DNA of 64,000 nucleotides from Octopus vulgaris. Lineage: Eukaryota. Below, piece by piece: positions 54,999 through 64,000 of this stretch. The first letter of the stretch is position 1. The number at the start of each line of letters is the position of its first letter. The translations under genes and the position numbers were made by a program. The stretch is taken from positions 9,734,001 through 9,798,000 of the forward strand of contig OX597827.1 of NCBI GenBank assembly GCA_951406725.2. Direction: 5' to 3'. Under the pieces are notes generated by a model, which was not told the DNA's origin, made no database searches, and was given only the letters and a program-made list of their open reading frames with translations.

Positions 54999-55049
<51 letters not shown>

Positions 55050-55136
55050 ACATACATATATATATGTATATATATATATATATATATAAATGTATACATA
55101 CATATATATATGTATATAAGTATGTGTGTGTGCTTA

Positions 55137-55173
<37 letters not shown>

Positions 55174-55597
55174 GCATACACACACACTCATACAGAGCAT
55201 TTATACAAAAGAGTTTCATCAGTTGACATAATGTAATAGGTATGTACTATTAGTGCTCAGTTGTAAACCACAAATACACCAGCTTTAACAGCAAAATCAA
55301 CTCCAGAACTTATTTAAGTCTGGTGCTTATCCTGTCACTTGTTTCAGAGAAACAACTAAATTATAGGAATGTAAACAAACTCACACCAATTTTGAAGAAG
55401 TGGTGGGGGTAGGCAAGCACCAGACACACACATGCAAACACACCCACACACACACACATACACACACACGCACACAAACACACACAATCACACAAATTAG
55501 GTATCATGGTTTAAATACAATTTGATTTTCCATGTAGTATCAGCTGTGTCATTGTAAAATAAATGATGGACTTGTTAACTTGCAACAGAGTTCAACA

Positions 55598-55733
55598 GTT
55601 GTAAGAATAAGAATGGGCAGAGCAAAGTTCAGAGATCTGCTTCTGCTGGCAACAAAGGGCCTCTCCCTCAGAGTGAAAGGCAGATTGTATGATGCCTGTG
55701 CGCAAACAGCTATGCTACACTGTAGTGAAACAG
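55598..55733 (+). mobile_element. Internal fragment of an RTE-clade LINE ORF
   Basis: RIRMGRAKFRDLLLLATKGLSLRVKGRLYDACAQTAMLHCSET matches the post-RT region of RTE elements (K.RLY...V...LLYG.ETW). Confidence 0.8.
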
Positions 55734-56264
55734 AGAAGGTAATAGCAAAATATTAAAATACTTATCGCTTTACTTAGTATAATGTTTTCAGTCATCTTTG
55801 CAAATTGTTTTGATGTAGGCCTTCATTATGACTGGCCTGCATAGTGTCTGATGTGTAAAGAAACATGAATATACCAACTTCAGCATGCACTGGCATTCAG
55901 AGAAGATTCAACTGCTATTTCTAGTAGACTGAATGACCTTGTTAAGCAGGCATGGATAAGCTTTAAGTATTTTCAACCAATGGGCAAATGGACCTCACAA
56001 AGTGTTGCTCATCATGAATCATGTGCCACTGGTTGTACATGATTGATATAAATTATCTCTCACTGATTTAATGAAACAAATTTATGTTGAATGGTTGCAA
56101 GACATCAGTGCAAAATATAGAATATTTACTTAGGCTAGTGATATATATATATATACCTATGAGGGAAAAAAATCGTCTATGGATGAGTTAGAGAATTAAA
56201 GACAGGATTCAGTGTATTCTGTAAGAGATAAGAGTTGACATGTAATGTAGAAGGTTGATGTGTG

Positions 56265-56705
56265 CATCATCCAAACATGGTCGATTCCAGTGCCCTCTGA
56301 GTGGCATGTAAAAAGTGCCATCTGAACAAAGTTGATGCGAGGTCCGCCTGACTGGCTCTCATACCGATGGCATGTAAAAAGCGCCATCTGAACGAAGTTG
56401 ATGCGAGGTCCGCCTGACTGGCTCTCATACCGATGGCATGTAAAAAGCACCATCTGAACGTGGCCACTGCCAGTGCTCCCTGACTGGCACCTGTGTTTGC
56501 ACTATCTGAATGTGATCGATGCCAGGCCCATCTGATTGTCTCTTGCACCGGTGGCATGTAAAAACCTCCCACTACACTCTCAGAGTGGTTGGTGTTAGGA
56601 AGGGCATCCAGCTGTACAAACATTGCCAGATCAGGTTGGAGCTTGGTGCGGCTACTGGCTTTCCAGACCTCAGTCATACTTTTCAAAGTTTTGTAGGGTT
56701 GTGGA
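56265..56705 (+). mobile_element. Family D element with a 67-bp internal tandem duplication
   Basis: ggcatgtaaaaag..ccatctgaac repeated three times; core ggtgttaggaagggcatccagc. Confidence 0.75.
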
Positions 56706-56965
56706 CTCATTTGGAAGAGGGCAGGGGGGGGGGGGAGATGTGCGAAGTAGAGGGGTCGGGCTGGAGTCATGTATATACACGAAAAGGTTACTTGGTATTT
56801 GTCTTTGTTGCATTCTTTATGCATCCATCTGCTTTGCAATTTGAATATGTTAGTTCAAACAAATCCACTTACACATTACATATGCACAATTATGCATTTA
56901 TAAATACATACATATTTGCACACACATGTTCATACAAACAGACACACATAGACACAGGCACACAC

Positions 56966-57003
<38 letters not shown>

Positions 57004-57534
57004 GTATTAATGTGAGTCAAACTGTAATTAAATATATACATCATTCCTACTGATAGTATCTTTTTCCCCTCAAGACTCTTGTGTATGAAACCTATTGGTA
57101 AAATCAGCTGCTATGGATCTATAATATGGTATTGTGTTGGTATATATATAAGTGTGTTTGTGCATGTGTGTGTGTATGTGTGTTTATTTGTATAACTCTG
57201 CAGAAAGATATTGCAAAATGACAATAATAAAATACATAGCTATATAAATTTTACATTACAAAATACATGAAAAAACATAAAAAGACATTTTCAGGGTTGC
57301 AATGGACTCTTCCATGCATATAAAGCTAATTTGTCATATCAAAAGAATAAAGGGTCAAAGTTGGTTTTAAGGAAAGGCACTTCAAGACATTTTTGTTATT
57401 GTATTTCGAATAATTTTGTTACTGTTTTGTTTATCTAGAACAAGTATAGAATAAGAGAGCAGTAATAATGTACATGGTAATATGAAATGCCTAAAGTGGA
57501 AAGCATTTGCAAGCTAAATAATATACATGAATGT

Positions 57535-57635
<101 letters not shown>

Positions 57636-57643
57636 TATATATA

Positions 57644-57687
<44 letters not shown>

Positions 57688-58012
57688 TGGTATGTATGTG
57701 TATGTACATGTCTGTGCATGTGTGTATAAATATTATAAAGATTATAAAGAGGAAAGTGTGGCAGATTTGAAAGATGATGTAGAGTAATGTTTAAAGTAAT
57801 GAGATAGAAACAAGCCTTCCAGGCTTACATGGACATAGCTGTAAAGAATCTATACATATTAGGTGTATCTCTTCACTTTTATTAATATTGTTTTAAGTCT
57901 GCTAGAATAAGCAGATGATGAGTCGAAATATGTATCTGAATATATGGTTCTTCAGTTTCTCTTAACCATTATGGTTAAGACCAGGCAGGCTGAAGTATCA
58001 TATTTGTCTGAC

Positions 58013-58128
58013 AAATATATAAATATTCTAATTGTTCTTTCAAGAGATCTTTGCCTTTATAAGGTTCGTTGATAGTTTGTTCTTTTTTAATTTGAACAGC
58101 AATATAATGTCGATCAAGCAGCAATGTT
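58013..58128 (-). CDS. Candidate exon (TLLLDRHYIAVQIKKEQ...EYLYI); 3' boundary uncertain
   Basis: Phase 2 start joins the 59218 exon (RPFDG|TLLL); possible donor GTCAGA at 58012, otherwise an in-frame TAA at 57977. Confidence 0.45.
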
Positions 58129-58566
58129 CTATATGTGTGTGTGTGTGGGGGGGGGGGCATGCATGCGTGGGTGTGCGTGTGTGGGGGTGCATGCATGGGT
58201 GCATGTGTGTGTGTGTATATATCTATATGTATCTGTATACATTTACCTGTTTATTTATTCATACCTTTAGTCTTTTATGTATGTGCTTACCATATTTTTG
58301 TATGTTTTTTTTTTAATTTCATATCCCTATTTATTTTTGAGAAATCGGAATGTTCAATATATCCACCTCCCTAAGAATTTCCCTCCTAAATGTCACTCCC
58401 AACCCACCTTTTTATTGTTTCACTTCTTTTTTGTGAAGGGTTTGTCTTCGTTTACGTTTTTTTGTTATCATCATTTTCAATGCCAGCACTTCATAATTCA
58501 CCAAGCATGCACTTTATATATCTTTGAGCTAAGAATATTTTCCTAACGAGGAGTGACTTAGATCTT

Positions 58567-58617
<51 letters not shown>

Positions 58618-58857
58618 CATTGCTGTTGTTGTTGTTGATGTTGCTGCTGCTACTACAACTGCTTATTTTTTCTTTGTTTTTGTGATATTTTTTTTTTTCC
58701 TGCTTGTTAAAAAAAAAAAATATTGTAGTTTCTAAACAAGATAACAGCAAAAATAATGGCATGAAAATGAAAAAAACTGGGATATAACAATACAAAACAA
58801 TGGATGTGTGTGTATGAGTGCATGCATGAGTGTGTATGAGTGCATGCATGTGTGTGT

Positions 58858-58919
<62 letters not shown>

Positions 58920-58925
58920 ATATGT

Positions 58926-59039
<114 letters not shown>

Positions 59040-59217
59040 GTATGTATATATATATATATATAAATATATATATTATATGTAAATATATATATATGTTATA
59101 TATTATATATTTTTATATATATATTTCTGTTTTATTTTCCACAGTCCCCTCATGCATTTTTATTCTGCATTAGTAAAGCAGAAAATTCTACTTGTTGAAT
59201 CCAAGTCAATTCTTTAC

Positions 59218-59373
59218 CCATCAAAAGGCCGATTATACGATAGTAGCAAATAATCAATATTGTTATCTCTACTCCATTGTTCATATTGACTCGATATTGT
59301 AGTGTAACTATCAGTAAATGAGATGCTATCTAACCTTTGTGTTAACACCGTGAATTCATAAAACTTGACCAAT
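59218..59373 (-). CDS. Candidate 156-nt exon (LVKFYEFTVLTQRLDS...YNRPFDG)
   Basis: tatatttgcatag acceptor, GG|GTAAAG donor, open phase 2-2 frame, CpG-retaining unique sequence. Confidence 0.6.
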
Positions 59374-59525
59374 CTATGCAAATATAGTAATTTTCTCAAT
59401 GCTTTCTTTCTTTTTCTCTGCACTTCTCTGATAAAAAAAATGTGCATCTTTTCTTCTTTTTTCTTTTCCATTTAAAGGAGACAGCTATTTACAGAGTTGA
59501 AAACAAAAAACAAAAAAGAATATAT

Positions 59526-59567
<42 letters not shown>

Positions 59568-59568
<1 letters not shown>

Positions 59569-59649
59569 AATATATATCTATATTTTTCAGTTTCTTTAAT
59601 ATATATATATCTATATATATACAAATATATATCTATATTTTTCAGTTTC

Positions 59650-59717
<68 letters not shown>

Positions 59718-59745
59718 ATATTTTTCAGTTTCTTTAATATATATA
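59568..59745. repeat. Triple repeat of atctatatttttcagtttctttaa separated by variable (TA)n
   Basis: Three copies at about 59576, 59633 and 59714. Confidence 0.85.
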
Positions 59746-60234
59746 TATATATATATATACATATATATATTAAAGAAATTCAGATAATGAAATACAAATT
59801 TTCATAACAATTGAATAGGTTATATATTTGTAGTTCTATCCAACCTACACCTAGAATTTTTTAGTGTTAGTTCTCTTTGTATTTAACTATTGAGTCATGT
59901 ACATTTTGCCCTTCTCTCTTATGCAGCTTAAGAGAAATAGAAATAATTTGTGTATCACACGAGACCATAATATAGGTCAACAATATTTGGCCGGATGTAA
60001 AATTGGACTTTTCAGTCTAACACACAAAGGCTGTCATCCTTTCTGCTTAGATATTTTATAATGAATTGCTTCTAGTTTATTATATGTTAGGAACATATAT
60101 ATTTTTTAAGAATTTGAAAAATAGCCTCTAATAGTTGATAAAGGCCACTCATATAAAAGAATTTTATCAATTGTTTAACACATTTCTGATGTTATTTTAT
60201 TGACCCCTAATGATATAAAAGACAGAGTCTAGAG

Positions 60235-60515
60235 CAGTGATTCCCAAACTTTTTCAGGCTGCTGCCTCCTTGACTCCCTGGTTACTTTCCTTGCTCCACA
60301 ACCACAAACATAGACCACTTTCTGCTGCAAATTCAAAACAACAACTCTATTTCACAAATAAAACTTAACCTAATCTATCCATTATTTTGGAATTTTTTGC
60401 ATTCATCACCCCTTTTTGGCTGCCCCAACTATTGCCCATTTTTATTCAATGACCACCCCCCTGAATCTTTCCACCACCCTCAAAGGGGCAGCACTGTCCA
60501 CTTTAGGAACTACTT
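60235..60515. mobile_element. hAT (Charlie-type) MITE
   Basis: TIRs cagtgattcccaaa / tttaggaactactt; TSD gtctagag / gtctagat (NTCTAGAN target). Confidence 0.75.
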
Positions 60516-60733
60516 GTCTAGATTATCATTTTCTCTAATGCTATCTTTCACTAAACTAGTCACTGATTTTCAGTTTAGAATAAAGACAGATACTAAAATG
60601 TCTCTAGATAGTCTCATGACAGCTATTAAAATAATGACTACAATTTATTTATAACACTTAGTGGCATTCCAATGAAATAGATGGAAAGGTGAAATTGAGA
60701 AACACTGATAAGATGCTTTATTTAGTTAGCTCT

Positions 60734-60962
60734 TTAACCCTTTTGATACCAACCCGGCTGAAACCGGCTCTGGCTCTTTAGTACAAATGTCTGGTTTTCC
60801 TAATTTTTTAATTAAAATCTTCCACCAAACCTTAGTCACAATTTATGTCCCTAACTCTAGCTTAATGATAACGATGTTATTTTACTTAATTCTTTGTTAT
60901 ATTTAACATAATTGGAAGAAACACTGAGCATCTCAAAATAAATTCAGTAACGAAAGGGTTAA
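60734..60962. mobile_element. TTAA-flanked piggyBac-like MITE, intact
   Basis: TTAA cccttttgatac ... gtaacgaaaggg TTAA; second copy at 38258. Confidence 0.85.
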
Positions 60963-61094
60963 ACCATATATTTACTCATGTAAAGCTAGTTTGGGTTACT
61001 CAACAATACACAGTGATTGTGCCCTTTTATACAAAGCTGGCTCTATATGATCATTGAATGAGAAAGATATTTATTTCTTAAAAATTCCGCTCAC

Positions 61095-61141
61095 TTTTCA
61101 TCACTATGCTGTTTTCCTGCTGCCAGAAGTCAATGTACCAC
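61095..61141 (-). CDS. Candidate 47-nt exon (WYIDFWQQENSIVMK)
   Basis: Strong ttgttttaatttcag acceptor and GTGAGC donor; in frame with the 61223 exon, but its phase-1 end has no identified partner. Confidence 0.35.
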
Positions 61142-61222
61142 CTGAAATTAAAACAAGTAGCTTCTATTATAAAGCAGGAGAACACTATGATAAAAAGTCT
61201 AAATAGATGAAACCAAACCAAC

Positions 61223-61346
61223 TGGTTTTCTTTCAATACTGCAGTGTCAGAATTATAAGAATATTCATAGAGTGTCCATTCTTGTAATTGTTTTTTTATG
61301 TTCTTAAGAGGCCCTTTAAGAAATGAAACCGAGCAGAGTAGGGCAT
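61223..61346 (-). CDS. Candidate 124-nt exon (ALLCSVSFLKGPLKNIKKQLQEW...LKENQ)
   Basis: ctctttag acceptor, GTTGGT donor; the only open frame is phase 1-2, compatible with the 61141 or 59373 exons. Confidence 0.5.
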
Positions 61347-61738
61347 CTAAAGAGTGTGTGTATATATGTATACATATATATATGTATACATATGTATATA
61401 TGTATGTATATATACATATACACAAATACAAATATGCACATATATGTATGTATACATATATAAGTATATATGCGTGTGTACATATATATATGTATATATA
61501 TATATGTATACATACATACATACACAGCCAGACATATATACATAGACATTTCCCCCAGTTTTCGATGCAATAAAGGCAAAAAGTCACAAAATATAATAAT
61601 ATTGGTTGTCTTCAGATTTCATAAATAATTTTCTTAAAAAGTTAACTGTTCAACCTCAGTAAGCAAATTTTATTACTTTTATTTTTTGTATTTTTTGTAA
61701 TATATATGTTGATGTGTGTGTGTGCGTGTGTGTGTGTA

Positions 61739-61802
<64 letters not shown>

Positions 61803-61849
61803 ATGTGTGTGTGTATATAAATATATGTATACACACACACACATATATA

Positions 61850-62208
61850 TTGTTGTATTTCGGGATGGTCATTTTTTTCCTTCCCAAATAAACATCCACA
61901 CTATATATTCCTTCTTCACTCACTTATTACTCTTCATATTCTAACTCATGTCCATTGTCCGAAAAATCTTTTGTCACACATCTCTGACCCCTTCGGCGAC
62001 ACTTTTTGTCTTCATGTGTGCTCTTGCTCTGCTTATTCCATTTTGTTCTTCTATAAGTGTCGCCAAAGTGGTCACTGATGTGTGACAAAATATTTCCAGA
62101 AAATGGACATGAATTAGAATAAGAACAGTAATAAATGAGTGAAGAACGAATATATAGCACCTGTGTTTATTTGGCAAAAAAGAAACGACTGTCTCAGATT
62201 ACAACAAT
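61850..62208. mobile_element. Old fold-back MITE with about 150-bp imperfect arms
   Basis: ttctaactcatgtccatt...ttttgtcacacatc...ggcgacactt mirrored by aagtgtcgcc...gatgtgtgacaaaa...aatggacatgaattagaa. Confidence 0.75.
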
Positions 62209-62264
62209 ATCTGTTTCAACACACGACTTCACATCAGGAATCTTGCTACACAAATTCATAATCT

Positions 62265-62374
<110 letters not shown>

Positions 62375-63042
62375 TATATACATATATATACATATATATA
62401 TATATATTCTCAGAATGTTTTTCATGCATGTGTTGGTAATTTTGTTGTGATATTTGTTTAACAACACCTGCTGAAACTGATCTCATATATTCTAGTATAA
62501 AATAATTTGGTGAACAATCTGCATCATTTCAAGACACTGGAAGCAGCTTCAGGGCATGCAGTAGTCAAGAAAGAAAACTAGTGTGTTTGATATAACAATA
62601 TTTTCCCATGATTTAATATTAAATGATACTTGATTTATTTATATATTTACATTCTTTTTATTTTATTCCCCTTCCCCTCCCCCAAAAAATGGAGAAAAAG
62701 AAATTTGTTTTCGTTTTTAAGATTTCAAAAGAAATTTGATTCAGAAAAATAACTAGCATTTAATATAAAACTGATTAAGAAATTTCATGAGAAGTTAAAA
62801 AAAAAAAAAAAAAAAAGAGAGAGAGAGAGATGAAGTATATGTAATTTCTAGAAATTGTTGTTTTCTTAAAACATTTTGGGAAACTTCTTAAACTGATAAA
62901 AGCCATTATACAAAGAATTCATAGCTTTAGTTGTTTAAGTTCCTGAAAGTTTGAACAATAGAAATCTTCGTCAACTGAAACACAAATTAGTTTTGTAGAA
63001 ATTAATGAGTTGCATTAATAAGAAAGCAAGATGCAAAAGTGA

Positions 63043-63074
<32 letters not shown>

Positions 63075-63657
63075 GAGTTTGATGATATAACCTTTATTCT
63101 TGTAAGAATTATGAGATCAAAATACAGATTAACATTCAGTGAGTGTAGTAAGTATTGAAGCAGTTTCTTTTCAATTCAGCCAATATAAAAGGGAAATACT
63201 TCTAAACTCTGTAATTAAAAGGCAAACCCATCCCAGATCTCTTTTGTTTGCACTAATTGACTTCATACATCAGTTATTGATGAAGATCTGTAAATTATGT
63301 GAAATCTTAGCTCTATTCATGACTAAAATTTTGAAGGTAAAAAAAAAAAAAAGCAATGTAAAATCTTTTAAATCTATGAATTTGTATTACATCTTTCATC
63401 CCTGTTGTAAAAACACAAATTTATTTTCAATTTGCCATGAAAAAAATTAATGATTTCCTAACCCTTTACAACTAAATTGTTTTAAAGTTTTAAAATATTC
63501 ACCAAAATTTGAACAGAGATGAAATCCTAAGATTATATTTCTGAATATTCCAAAGTAATTTCTTACTCTTTTTTTTTTTTCTTGTTCTTGTTAAACAGTA
63601 ATTATATTAACCATGATAAATCTCAGAGCGAGTTATAAACAGTAGCGGTAACACATC

Positions 63658-63968
63658 GTGACGTATATTTGCCATTTGAATATGGCTAACCCCTAAGGGT
63701 GGATGCTACTGTAGTTTGTAGCCCCAGGAAGACACCTCTTCCAGCTGGTTATAGACACACTTTCTGTGCCCTATCAGTAATACCTTGAAACTCGAGTCCG
63801 TGTGTATCATGAGTTGAAGACGGGAAGGATGAATTCCCTTCACTAATACTGATAGGGCACAGAAAGTGTGTCTATAGCCAGCTGGAGGAGGTGTCTTCCT
63901 GGGGCTACAAACTACAGTAGCATCCACCTTTAGGGGTTAGCCATATTCAAATGGCAATTATACGTCAC
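63658..63968. mobile_element. Young fold-back element/MITE with 122-bp arms
   Basis: 63658-63779 is the reverse complement of 63847-63968 with 4 mismatches by eye; 67-bp spacer. Confidence 0.9.
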
Positions 63969-64000
63969 AGTAATTATATTATTGTAATGAATAATATACT

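Noticed and set aside
63139-63450. Plus-strand 103-aa ORF or exon
   Set aside because: No recognisable homology and no partner exons on the plus strand

Overview
AT-rich animal genomic DNA, most likely an octopus (coleoid cephalopod). That assignment is inferred from the very dense (TA)n/(CA)n/(ATT)n/(TATC)n microsatellites and the tRNA-derived SINE families, not from a database search. Most of the window is intronic or intergenic and full of mobile-element debris: at least 4 SINE-like families (about 30 copies or fragments), a decayed Tc1/mariner transposon, hAT, piggyBac-like and mariner MITEs, two non-autonomous Helitrons, RTE LINE fragments and Penelope-type repeats with hammerhead motifs. 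Short exon candidates with good splice signals and mostly compatible phases lie on the minus strand from about 61.3 kb down to 25.0 kb. They suggest one uncharacterised multi-exon gene, with the exon chain only partly resolved. A possible first coding exon of a second minus-strand gene lies at about 2.2 kb. The most striking object is a 5.7-kb, 59-bp-unit satellite (17.1-22.8 kb). Its minus strand is stop-free in all three frames apart from isolated variants and lacks T4 runs, and it lies directly downstream of a SINE Pol III promoter. Other notable items are a full-length tRNA-Lys(UUU) retroposed with a borrowed 3' tail, one SINE head joined to three unrelated tails at the same junction, and several miRNA-sized or long fold-back hairpins. 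Almost all ORFs in the supplied track are microsatellite artefacts. No new system can be claimed from sequence alone; the leads are listed with tests.
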